Translations under genes and position numbers: made by a program
Source of the DNA: an uncultured Alphaproteobacteria bacterium
GTDB taxonomy: Bacteria; Pseudomonadota; Alphaproteobacteria; Rickettsiales; UBA6187
DNA length: 35,599 bases
Direction: 5' to 3'
Assembly: GCA_937907045.1 (NCBI GenBank)
Contig: CALCTU010000123.1
Span: 1 to 35,599 of the forward strand
Part shown: positions 27,669 to 35,599 of the stretch, piece by piece
How the letters are laid out: every line of letters begins with the position of its first letter
How positions within the stretch are numbered: the stretch's first letter is position 1
The notes under the pieces: model-generated
The model's input: only the letters and a program-made list of their open reading frames with translations
The model's database searches: none
Told to the model about the DNA's origin: nothing

Positions 27669-28727
27669 ATGGGAAATAAAATAAAAGTACTAATTGTTGA
27701 TGACTCTCTGTTCATAAGGCAGATGGTTACTAATATGTTAGAAAGCGAAGCAGATATAGAAGTTTTAGGTGCGGCGGTTGATCCTTATGAAGCAAGGGAG
27801 ATGATTAAAAAGCTAAATCCTGATGTTCTTACCCTGGACGTTGATATGCCTCGTATGGATGGTATTTCGTTCTTAGAGAAACTAATGAAGCTCAGGCCAA
27901 TGCCGGTTATCATGTTGTCTTCTTTAACACAAAAAGGAGCAGATGTTTCTATCCGTGCGTTGGAAATTGGTGCTGTAGATTATGTGGCAAAGCCGTTAGA
28001 GGGAAACATTGAAGATGCCTTTAAGTCACTAAAAGGAGAGTTGGTAGAAAAGATTCGAGTTGCTGCAAGCTCAAAAGTTCGTACTAATAGTAATAGGACA
28101 GCATCGGATAATGCCTCTGGTTCACAAAAAATACTTGAGTGTTCTGCTTCAAATATGAAGCGTAATATTATAGCTATTGGTGCTTCAACAGGTGGTGTTG
28201 AAGCGTTGAATTCTGTTCTTACCGTTTTGCCTGATAATTTACCTCCAATTGTTATTACGCAGCATATGCCGGCACAATTTACTAAATCATTTGCAGATCG
28301 TTTAAATCAGCAATGTAAAGTGTCAGTGTGTGAAGTTAAAGATGGTGAAAAGCTGGAGTCAGGTTGTGTTTATGTGGCACCAGGAGGGATGCACTTGAGA
28401 ATAAAAATGGTAGGTTCTTACTATAAAGCAGTGGTTGGAGGAACCGATAAGATATCAGGACATTGTCCATCTGTAGATGCGTTATTTAAGTCTGTTAGTG
28501 AAGAAGCCGGTGATAAGGCGCTAGGAGTGATACTTACTGGTATGGGAAGTGATGGTGCGGATGGTCTATTACACATGCACAATAAAGGAGCGATTACCTT
28601 AGGTCAAAATGAGGCAACTTGTGTGGTTTATGGTATGCCAAAAGCTGCATTTTCGGCTGGAGCTGTGCAGGAACAAGTTGCATTAGAAAAAATAAGTGAA
28701 AAAATAGTAGAAGGTGTAATGAAGTAA
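27669..28727 (+). CDS. cheB: Protein-glutamate methylesterase/response regulator CheB
   Basis: REC: VLIVDDS, VLTLDVDMPRMDG, VAKP. The methylesterase domain has IIAIGASTGGVEAL, ITQHMPAQFT and LTGMGSDGADGL. Confidence 0.92.
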   Translation: MGNKIKVLIVDDSLFIRQMVTNMLESEADIEVLGAAVDPYEAREMIKKLNPDVLTLDVDMPRMDGISFLEKLMKLRPMPVIMLSSLTQKGADVSIRALEIGAVDYVAKPLEGNIEDAFKSLKGELVEKIRVAASSKVRTNSNRTASDNASGSQKILECSASNMKRNIIAIGASTGGVEALNSVLTVLPDNLPPIVITQHMPAQFTKSFADRLNQQCKVSVCEVKDGEKLESGCVYVAPGGMHLRIKMVGSYYKAVVGGTDKISGHCPSVDALFKSVSEEAGDKALGVILTGMGSDGADGLLHMHNKGAITLGQNEATCVVYGMPKAAFSAGAVQEQVALEKISEKIVEGVMK

Positions 28728-28789
28728 TGTTTGTGTTATACTTAACGAGTAAGGACAAGCTTATGCTGCTGGGGGAGGGCTAAGTATAA

Positions 28790-29638
28790 ATGGCGGAAGT
28801 TGATATACGGTTACCTGCCGAAGATTTGTTACACAGCCTACTAAACCAAGGTATTTGTGATGATACTGATTACGTTAAAGATAGAGAGTCGCAAGTAGAG
28901 TGTGGCGATAATATTGAAGCTCTGAAGGAAAACGAATCAGGACAAGAAGATGATATTGATGACACTGTCCAAGACAAAAAATTGGACGATGCGGTTGTCG
29001 AATCGACTGCTATTGAAGATGAAAGAACAAAGTCTTTTAGGCAACATTTTATAAGCTTTATCAGGCAGCAAATGCAAGAAATTGTTGTGCTGACGGACGA
29101 CTCAATTTCGCAAGTGACTGAGAGTTTAATTAAGGTCCTTGAGCTGCTTTCTAATGATAAATCTTCCCAAGAGAAACGCCTTTTATTGGCGAGTGTAAAT
29201 GATATTTTGAGTAACCTTAGTCATTTGGTGTCAGATTTAGATGATACTCGTGTTTATGCGCTGAATCAAAGTTTGGTGCATGATAATCAAGACAATAACA
29301 CAGGTAAAACGATGCATAAGGCCTTGTTTGAGCTTACTAGGCGCTCTAATGAGGTGTTAGCACTAAACCAGCAGGTATTTAGTCTGGTTAGACAGGCCAA
29401 TGACTCCCAAAAAGATATTGTTATGTGTCATAAGTTACTTTTAAATATGATGACGTCTTTGCAATTTGGTGATAATGTTCGTCAACATATGATGGCGATA
29501 ATTGCGCTGCTGCCGGTATTGACGGATGTACTGGATCAACGATATTCAGTTGATCAGGCTCTGGTATATTGCCAAGAGAATATAGGCTTGTCTTCTGTTA
29601 AGAAGAAATTCACAGAGGCTATGCGTACGTTTTTGTAG
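28790..29638 (+). CDS. Hypothetical acidic protein in the che operon; candidate divergent CheZ-like phosphatase (DxxxQ motif)
   Basis: 282 aa, same strand, 62 nt after cheB. The N-terminus is acidic and disordered-looking; the rest looks helical. The motif LQFGDNVRQ (nt 29462-29485) has the same Asp-x3-Gln spacing as the CheZ active-site FQDLTGQ. No other recognisable domain. Confidence 0.4.
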   Translation: MAEVDIRLPAEDLLHSLLNQGICDDTDYVKDRESQVECGDNIEALKENESGQEDDIDDTVQDKKLDDAVVESTAIEDERTKSFRQHFISFIRQQMQEIVVLTDDSISQVTESLIKVLELLSNDKSSQEKRLLLASVNDILSNLSHLVSDLDDTRVYALNQSLVHDNQDNNTGKTMHKALFELTRRSNEVLALNQQVFSLVRQANDSQKDIVMCHKLLLNMMTSLQFGDNVRQHMMAIIALLPVLTDVLDQRYSVDQALVYCQENIGLSSVKKKFTEAMRTFL

Positions 29639-29669
29639 TTGTTTAATGGTATGATAAAAGAAGGTTGCC

Positions 29670-29975
29670 ATGGAGATAGAACATAATATAGAGTCTGATA
29701 CGCTGACTATTGCGTTAAGAGGAAAGTTTACATTTGCTGATCAAGAAGAGTTTAAGTCGTTGTTTTCTTCTTTGGAAGCGGATGACATAAAGCATTGTTT
29801 GATTGATTCTTCAGAGCTTGAATTTGTAGATTCTGCAGCTCTTGGATTGTTTCTTTTATTGCGCGAGCAAGCGGAGAAACATGATGTGAAGCTCGTACTA
29901 AAATCGCCTTCAGGGCAGGTTAAGCAGATGTTTGACTTATCCAGGTTTCCAGAGCTATTCACAATAGAAGATTAA
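29670..29975 (+). CDS. STAS-domain anti-sigma-factor antagonist (RsbV/SpoIIAA-like)
   Basis: 101 aa: DTLTIALRGKFTFADQEEF...LIDSSELEFVDSAALGLFLLLRE...KLVLKSPSGQVKQMFDLSRF. The phospho-site-type motif is DSAALG. Confidence 0.8.
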   Translation: MEIEHNIESDTLTIALRGKFTFADQEEFKSLFSSLEADDIKHCLIDSSELEFVDSAALGLFLLLREQAEKHDVKLVLKSPSGQVKQMFDLSRFPELFTIED

Positions 29976-30032
29976 TAAAATATTAATGATTTTTTGATAT
30001 GATTTGCTTTATGTATTAGGTAAAGGAGATCA

Positions 30033-31244
30033 TTGATTGTGAATTCATCAATAAGAAATATTGATAAAGATGAATTATACGCCACCATCAAACGCGATTC
30101 TAAGGTTTTGCTTGTTGATGATATGGAATTTAATATTCTTGCATTAGAAAATATACTCAAAACATCTGGTTTTCTTGATATAGAGAAAGCTAAAGATGGC
30201 AAAGAAGCTCTAGAAAAAACAAAAGAGATAAATCCAGACTTGGTTATTCTTGATATTGTTATGCCAGAGATTGATGGATATGGTTACTGTGAGCAGATAC
30301 GAAAAGAAGAAGAGTTCGCTAATTTACCAATTCTTGTACAAAGTGGTGTTAGTGACGCAGATGAAAAGAGGCGTATATTTGAAGTAGGGGCAACGGACTA
30401 TGTGTCAAAGCCTATTGACCCGGAAGAGTTAATAGCTCGTACATTGTCGCACCTTGAAAAGAATAGGTTGTTTAATGACTTAGAGCTGTCGAGAAAACGA
30501 ATGTCTGCAGAGCTTGAACAAGCTAAAGCAATGCAGAATATGTTGATGCCTTCTGATGATATTATCTCACAAGTACAAGCATCATATAATATAGAAATGT
30601 ATTCTTTATTTGAAACATCTTCAGAGCTAGGTGGAGATTTTTGGGGTGTTGAACCCATAGATGAACAATCATTTGCAGTTTATTGTACAGACTTTTCAGG
30701 TCATGGCGTGGCATCTGCTCTTAATACTTTTCGACTACATACTATTATGCAAGAAGATAATGATCTGAAATCGCAGCCTGACAAGTATTTGGATTACTTA
30801 AATGAGAAACTTTATCATTTGTTGCCTACTGAACAATTTGCAACAATGTTTTATGGAGTGATTGATGTAAAAGAAGACAAACTTCGTTACGTAACAGCTG
30901 GTTCAACCAAGCCAATTGTAATGCATAAAGATAATGGCTATGCTATCATTCCTGGAGATGGTTTTCCATTGAGTATACAAAAAGGAATACCGTACGACTT
31001 ACATGAAGTGGACTTTTATAAGAACGACCTTTTATTGCTATATAGTGACGCTCTTATTGAAACTCCTAGCTATCAAGGAGATCTTTTAACAGAGAAAGAT
31101 TTAGTGAAGATGGTAAAGAAAATGCAGGTCCATAGAAATCTTTACCCAGAAAACTTATTTAATACGTTGGTTCAAACGGTAAAAGACAATTTTTGGGATA
31201 ACATTACCGACGATTTGACAATTAATCTCTATTTTCGGACATAG
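30033..31244 (+). CDS. Response regulator with PP2C/SpoIIE-type serine phosphatase output (RsbU/HsbR-like)
   Basis: REC: VLLVDDMEFN, LVILDIVMPEIDG, YVSKPI. PP2C/SpoIIE motifs: ELGGDFWGV, DFSGHGVASAL, LLYSDALIE. AAGGAG lies at 30023-28. The start is either TTG 30033 or GTG 30039. Confidence 0.85.
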   Translation: MIVNSSIRNIDKDELYATIKRDSKVLLVDDMEFNILALENILKTSGFLDIEKAKDGKEALEKTKEINPDLVILDIVMPEIDGYGYCEQIRKEEEFANLPILVQSGVSDADEKRRIFEVGATDYVSKPIDPEELIARTLSHLEKNRLFNDLELSRKRMSAELEQAKAMQNMLMPSDDIISQVQASYNIEMYSLFETSSELGGDFWGVEPIDEQSFAVYCTDFSGHGVASALNTFRLHTIMQEDNDLKSQPDKYLDYLNEKLYHLLPTEQFATMFYGVIDVKEDKLRYVTAGSTKPIVMHKDNGYAIIPGDGFPLSIQKGIPYDLHEVDFYKNDLLLLYSDALIETPSYQGDLLTEKDLVKMVKKMQVHRNLYPENLFNTLVQTVKDNFWDNITDDLTINLYFRT

Positions 31245-31251
31245 TTTATTA

Positions 31252-31524
31252 TCAAACAATGCTGACAATTTTTTGAATATTGTGCGAAAGTAGAAGGGAC
31301 TTTACATTTTGTTGTAAGTTGCAAATGCTTAATGATTTGTTGTTCTCATCTGCGATATGCTTAGATAGAAGAATAAAACTAATGCCTACCGAGCCAAGAT
31401 AATCAACATCACTGAAATCGAGTATAATGTCATTCTCTTGGTCATCATTAAGTGCTCCGTCCATCACACTTACGACGCTCTGATAGTCGTTTGAAAGTAT
31501 CCTATGGTTTATAAGAATATTCAT
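31252..31524 (-). CDS. STAS-domain protein, divergent (anti-sigma antagonist-like)
   Basis: 90 aa: ILDFSDVDYLGSVGISFILLSK....LSICNLQQNVKSLLLSHNI. In the phospho-site region Asp is replaced (YLGSVG). Confidence 0.6.
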   Translation of the reverse strand: MNILINHRILSNDYQSVVSVMDGALNDDQENDIILDFSDVDYLGSVGISFILLSKHIADENNKSLSICNLQQNVKSLLLSHNIQKIVSIV

Positions 31525-31585
31525 AAATACCCGTTGGAAACGATTGCTTGATATAAGTGATCACGCTACCAAAGGTTTATCAGCT

Positions 31586-31900
31586 TTATGACTCACTGTC
31601 AACGATATCAAATATTTCTTGGAAGTTTGAAACCTCAATCATTTTTTTTACTTGTCCTTGAGGGTTTAGTAACCGAACTGTTACGGAGTGTTTGTCTGCA
31701 TGTGACTTTGTAAATAAAAGCATACCAATGGAACGCGAGTCAATAAACTCGGTCTGACTTAAATCAAAGTCAATATTATCACAATTATCAAATTCTAAGC
31801 TTTCAAACACTTGATTGAATTTTTCATGCGAGTGATAATCAAATCGTGTCGGAGTGAAAATGGTAAAATGCCTGTCTTGGGTAACTAGTTTAAATGTCAT
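31586..31900 (-). CDS. STAS-domain anti-sigma-factor antagonist (RsbV/SpoIIAA-like)
   Basis: 104 aa: FDLSQTEFIDSRSIGMLLF...VTVRLLNPQGQVKKMIEVSNF. It closely parallels the 29670-29975 protein (PSGQVKQMFDLSRF versus PQGQVKKMIEVSNF). Confidence 0.8.
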   Translation of the reverse strand: MTFKLVTQDRHFTIFTPTRFDYHSHEKFNQVFESLEFDNCDNIDFDLSQTEFIDSRSIGMLLFTKSHADKHSVTVRLLNPQGQVKKMIEVSNFQEIFDIVDSES

Positions 31901-31917
31901 GTCTGTAGCTCATTATT

Positions 31918-32382
31918 CTAGGGTTGTTTATCAATTTTTTGTTTACTATGGGCAAATTTTTTAGCTAATGAAAGTTCAATTTCATCTTCATCGCAAGCAA
32001 TTTCAATTAGTTTATTCCGGTAAATTTCAAAATGATCGAGTGTTTCTTGGATACGAGTTGCTGTAAATGGCTTTAAAATATATTCCATGGCACCATATGT
32101 TTGTGCTCTGGATACATCTTCAGGGGCTGCACTACCAGTTAAGATGATGCAATAAGCTTGAGGATCATCATCGGTTATAATTTTTAATAAATCCAAGCCA
32201 TTTCCATCCGGAAGGTTAATATCCAGAAAAGAGATGTGAGGTTTTCTTGAGTTGTAAAGATCAACACCTTCTTGATAGGTGGTCGCTGTCCTACAGTTAT
32301 GTTCTTTAAACGCAGAAAGAATAAGAGCACGGTATGTGTGGTTATCTTCAACAATTAGGATATCTAGGTCAAATGTTGCCAT
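31918..32382 (-). CDS. Stand-alone receiver-domain response regulator with short C-terminal helical tail
   Basis: ILIVEDNHTYRALI, phospho-acceptor context ISFLDINLPDGNG, ILTGS, and YILKPF. No DNA-binding or enzymatic output domain. Confidence 0.85.
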   Translation of the reverse strand: MATFDLDILIVEDNHTYRALILSAFKEHNCRTATTYQEGVDLYNSRKPHISFLDINLPDGNGLDLLKIITDDDPQAYCIILTGSAAPEDVSRAQTYGAMEYILKPFTATRIQETLDHFEIYRNKLIEIACDEDEIELSLAKKFAHSKQKIDKQP

Positions 32383-32513
32383 AAAAATACAGTTACAAAT
32401 TTATAAAGTACATAACAAGAAAATATAAGTAGCATAGCAAAATATTATTTCAACTAATAAATGCAGGCTATTTTATATTTGCAGTTAATAACATAAACAT
32501 TTGTTACGTAAGG

Positions 32514-33095
32514 CTAGTTTAGTGTTCGTATGGGAGATACATCCACTGCGTTTGGATGCTCACCATGCGGTGACACCATAGTGGGGGGAAGTTTGTCTTC
32601 TTGTGTTTTTGTGCATGACAATAAAGTTACGTCATATATAGGGTGTTCTAATGCTGAAAGGCCGCTGGAGGTAGCAAGCATCCAGCCATAAAATAATTGC
32701 TTCTTCTTTTCTCCTGGGATGTGTTCCCATATCTCTAACAATGCTTTGCTTTCGGGTTCATCTTCAATGGGGGCTTGCCAGCAACTTAATAGGCTTATTT
32801 CAAGATTACTAAATTTAATGGTTTCACCAATCGTAATGGGCAGTGTTGAGATGTGAGTGGTGATTTTATCTAGTCCCTGTAGTAGAGCTGAAGAAGTAAA
32901 ATGCTCTGGTTTGATAGACGAAATATGTTCTTGATAGGCTTCTATGGTTGCTTTGTTCTCTGCTTCGGATGAAGTATTGTCATCAGTTTGTTCCGGGGTT
33001 TCTAGAGAAGGAGTTAATGTTGTAGCTTCTGTAGCATGCGCACGAGGGCAAACTAACATTAGTACAACCAAAAAAATCACTGCTAATTGCATCAT
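32514..33095 (-). CDS. Secreted DUF2155-like protein (conserved alphaproteobacterial neighbour of NDUFA12)
   Basis: Start chosen at MMQLAVIFLVVLMLVCPRAHA (signal peptide) rather than 33161, which would overlap NDUFA12. The core LLQGLDKITTHISTLPITIGETIKFSNLEISLLSCWQAPIEDEPESKALLEIWE matches the DUF2155 pattern as I remember it. Confidence 0.6.
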   Translation of the reverse strand: MMQLAVIFLVVLMLVCPRAHATEATTLTPSLETPEQTDDNTSSEAENKATIEAYQEHISSIKPEHFTSSALLQGLDKITTHISTLPITIGETIKFSNLEISLLSCWQAPIEDEPESKALLEIWEHIPGEKKKQLFYGWMLATSSGLSALEHPIYDVTLLSCTKTQEDKLPPTMVSPHGEHPNAVDVSPIRTLN

Positions 33096-33120
33096 CGTTG
33101 CTTCCAACACAAGCGTTGTC

Positions 33121-33462
33121 CTAAGGCTTCCATGCCTCATAATCTCCGGAGGCAGGTGCACGTTTATTATCAGAATCCATATAGCCAGAAGGAAAATATG
33201 CTTTATCTGTTCCGGTTAAATTTTCATGATGATCCTTTTGCCACTTATAGCGCTGTGTAGGAATGTCATCGGTGGTATAATGAAGCCATCCATGCCATGA
33301 TGGAGGAACCTTTGAGGCTTCTGGTTTACCTGCATATAATACCATGCGCTTAACACGGCCCATACTGTCTTTTCGTGGTAGTGTATAATACTTATTGCCA
33401 AACTCATCTTCACCAACGGCTTTAGCAAAAAGTTTAGTGTATATACGAGTAGCAATGGTCAT
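33121..33462 (-). CDS. NADH:ubiquinone oxidoreductase subunit NDUFA12-family protein
   Basis: 113 aa: GEDEFGNKYY...RMVLYAGKPEASKVPPSWHGWLHYTTDDIP is the characteristic NDUFA12/B17.2 signature. Confidence 0.8.
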   Translation of the reverse strand: MTIATRIYTKLFAKAVGEDEFGNKYYTLPRKDSMGRVKRMVLYAGKPEASKVPPSWHGWLHYTTDDIPTQRYKWQKDHHENLTGTDKAYFPSGYMDSDNKRAPASGDYEAWKP

Positions 33463-33492
33463 AAGCTTAAACAGTCATATTTAATATAAAAA

Positions 33493-35073
33493 TTAAAACG
33501 CCAAACGTTTTGCGCAAATCACACTCGGTAACTTACCAATATTTACAAGTAACGTATCATCAATGGTGTTGTCAATTTCTAATAATGCTAGTGCACCGGT
33601 TTTCTTATCACCGCGCCCTAAATGGAAATTAGCAATATTAACTTTATTATCACCAAGTAATTTACCTAACTCTCCGATAAGGCCAGGTTTATCTTCATTA
33701 TTGATATAAAGCATATTCGTGCCAAGAGAAGCCTCTAAGCGTACGGATCCAACTTCAACAATGCGTGGTTTGTCATTAAATAAGGTTCCGGCAACGACTA
33801 CTTCACCTTTATCTGTTTTAATGGTTACCCGGATAAGTGTTTGGAAGCTGCTTTTCGTTGCTTCGCTCTTTGTTTCTTTCATTTCGATGCCGCGTTCTTT
33901 AGCAATAACAGGTGCATTGACCATATTGGCAGAAGTAACTGCGTTGCTAAGAATGCCTTTTAGAATAATGGAGCTAATAGGCTTGGTGTTGAGTTTGCAT
34001 ACGTTACCTTCAAAATCAATATTGATTGAAGTAATGCCATCATCAATAATTTGTCCTGAGAAGCTGCCTAGTTGTTCTGCTAGGTCAAGATAAGGTTTAA
34101 GTTTTGCTGCATCCTCTGCAGAAACAGATGGAATATTTAGTGCATTGGTTACCGTGCCATTAAGAAGGTAATCTGCCATTTGTTCGGCGACTTGAATGGC
34201 AACATTTTCTTGAGCCTCAGAAGTAGATGCACCAAGGTGAGGAGTACACACCACTTGCTCTAAGCCAAATAATACATTATCGGTAGCGGGTTCTTTTTCA
34301 AATACATCAAGTGCGGCCCCGGCAACATGTCCTGATTCAATTGCTTCTTTAAGGGCTGTTTCATCAATCAGACCACCACGAGCACAATTAACAATACGTA
34401 CGCCAGCTTTTGTTTTGGCGAGCGCTTCTTTGCTCAAAATATTTCTGGTAGCATCATTAAGCGGAGTGTGAAGGCTAATAAAGTCAGCTCTGGATAAAAG
34501 TTGATCTAACTCAACTTTTTCGATGTTAAGTTCAGCTGCGCGTTCAGCACTCAAAAATGGGTCATAGCCAATAACTTTCATTTTAAGTCCTTGGGCGCGG
34601 TCAGCAACAATAGAGCCAATATTACCACAGCCAATCAGACCTAAGGTTTTACTAGCAACTTCAACACCCATAAATTTTGATTTTTCCCACTTACCGGCAT
34701 GAGTAGATTCATTTGCAGCGGGTATTTTGCGTGCAACAGCCATCATCATGGCAATGGCATGCTCGGCAGTAGTAATGGAGTTGCCAAATGGTGTGTTCAT
34801 AACCACAACGCCATTTGCGGTGGCAGCGTTTTTGTCGATGTTGTCTGTACCTATTCCAGCACGACCAACTACTTTTAATTTTTTCGCAGCTTTGAAAACC
34901 TTCGGAGTAACCGTGGTAGCAGAGCGAATTGCCAGCCCGTCATAATCCTTAATAACGGCACATAGCTCATCTTCAGTCATGCCAGGTTTGACTAAGGTTT
35001 CAATGCCCGCTGCTTCAAAAATTTCTGCAGCTTTCGGGCTCATTTTATCTGATATAAGTACTTTAAATGTCAT
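33493..35073 (-). CDS. serA: D-3-phosphoglycerate dehydrogenase (long form with ASB and ACT domains)
   Basis: 526 aa. NAD motif GLIGCGNIGSIVA, catalytic region NCARGGLIDE...TPHLGAST, and a C-terminal ACT-like domain (MLYINNEDKPGLIGELGKLLGDNKVNIANFHLGR). Confidence 0.93.
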   Translation of the reverse strand: MTFKVLISDKMSPKAAEIFEAAGIETLVKPGMTEDELCAVIKDYDGLAIRSATTVTPKVFKAAKKLKVVGRAGIGTDNIDKNAATANGVVVMNTPFGNSITTAEHAIAMMMAVARKIPAANESTHAGKWEKSKFMGVEVASKTLGLIGCGNIGSIVADRAQGLKMKVIGYDPFLSAERAAELNIEKVELDQLLSRADFISLHTPLNDATRNILSKEALAKTKAGVRIVNCARGGLIDETALKEAIESGHVAGAALDVFEKEPATDNVLFGLEQVVCTPHLGASTSEAQENVAIQVAEQMADYLLNGTVTNALNIPSVSAEDAAKLKPYLDLAEQLGSFSGQIIDDGITSINIDFEGNVCKLNTKPISSIILKGILSNAVTSANMVNAPVIAKERGIEMKETKSEATKSSFQTLIRVTIKTDKGEVVVAGTLFNDKPRIVEVGSVRLEASLGTNMLYINNEDKPGLIGELGKLLGDNKVNIANFHLGRGDKKTGALALLEIDNTIDDTLLVNIGKLPSVICAKRLAF

Positions 35074-35096
35074 GTTTATTATCCTTTTGCTTAATG

Positions 35097-35599
35097 TTAA
35101 GCAGCCTTTGCATTACCATTTTGTTGATTAAATGCCCAATCGATCCATGGCAATAAGGCTTCAATATCCGAAGTTTCTACTGTGGCTCCGCCCCATATCC
35201 GAAGCCCCGCAGGTGCATCACGATAGGCGCCAATATCATAAGCAATGCCTTCTGCTTCTAGCATAGAAACAATTTTTTTTACACCATCTTGCTGTTCCTG
35301 TGGAGATAGTTGCAAGTAATCTTGGTCAACAATGTGAAGGCAAATAGAGGTGTTAGATAAGGTTTCTTCTTTTTCGGCCAAAAAGTCTACCCAGCTAGTT
35401 TTAGCTACCCAATTTTTGATAGCCGCTAAGTTAGCCTCGGAACGCTTAATAAGTGCATTTAGGCCACCAATGGATTCTGCCCATTTTAAGCCATCAATTG
35501 CGTCTTCTACTGCAAGCATTGATGGTGTGTTGATGGTAGCACCCTCGAAAATAGACAGGTCCACCTTGCCCTTCTTGGTCATGCGGAAGATCTTGGGCA
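35097..35599 (-). CDS. serC: Phosphoserine aminotransferase, C-terminal part (5' end beyond the window)
   Basis: The frame stays open to the window edge (PKIFR precedes the internal Met at 35582). The C-terminal region ...[11 protein letters not shown]...WIDWAF is typical of the alphaproteobacterial SerC type. It lies immediately upstream of serA. Confidence 0.8.
   Translation of the reverse strand, partial: PKIFRMTKKGKVDLSIFEGATINTPSMLAVEDAIDGLKWAESIGGLNALIKRSEANLAAIKNWVAKTSWVDFLAEKEETLSNTSICLHIVDQDYLQLSPQEQQDGVKKIVSMLEAEGIAYDIGAYRDAPAGLRIWGGATVETSDIEALLPWIDWAFNQQNGNAKAA

Noticed and set aside
33719-34093. 124-aa ORF antisense to serA (and 34727-34945 likewise)
   Set aside because: These are shadow frames of a well-supported housekeeping CDS, with no motifs and no ribosome-binding site.

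Overview
35.6-kb chromosomal segment from a visibly AT-rich alphaproteobacterium. Lineage markers are a bacterial NDUFA12 homologue next to a DUF2155-like gene, serC-serA, a 669-aa ParE, and the operon order STAS-cheY-cheA-cheW-cheR-cheB. A Holosporales/Rickettsiales-like intracellular lifestyle is inference only, and GC content was not computed. Housekeeping genes: rodZ, an SLC13 permease, yciA, a TRAP binding protein, yciB, 2-Cys peroxiredoxin, trxB, parE, NDUFA12, serA, serC. Two regions stand out. (1) nt 4534-11574 holds a decayed fic pseudogene, then an intact but orphan virB4 ATPase. Its 3' end overlaps the start of a 1,241-aa secreted protein with about 40 Cys. That protein carries a glycine-rich (ALK/LTK-GRD-like) domain split by a Cys-free tandem duplication. 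No other T4SS gene is in the window. (2) nt 23198-32382 is a 9-kb signalling island. A complete che core (STAS, CheY, CheA, CheW, CheR, CheB) lacks any receptor gene. It continues on the same strand into an unknown ORF with a CheZ-like DxxxQ motif, a STAS protein and a REC-PP2C phosphatase. A convergent REC-STAS-STAS operon ends only 7 nt away. No anti-sigma kinase or sigma factor is present there. A REC-RsbW-like kinase 13 kb upstream (15715-16641) is the only candidate for the missing kinase. Two orphan sensor kinases and a two-gene small-protein operon are also present. I saw no tRNA, rRNA, CRISPR array, transposase or integrase. All family assignments rest on motifs read by eye, not on database searches.
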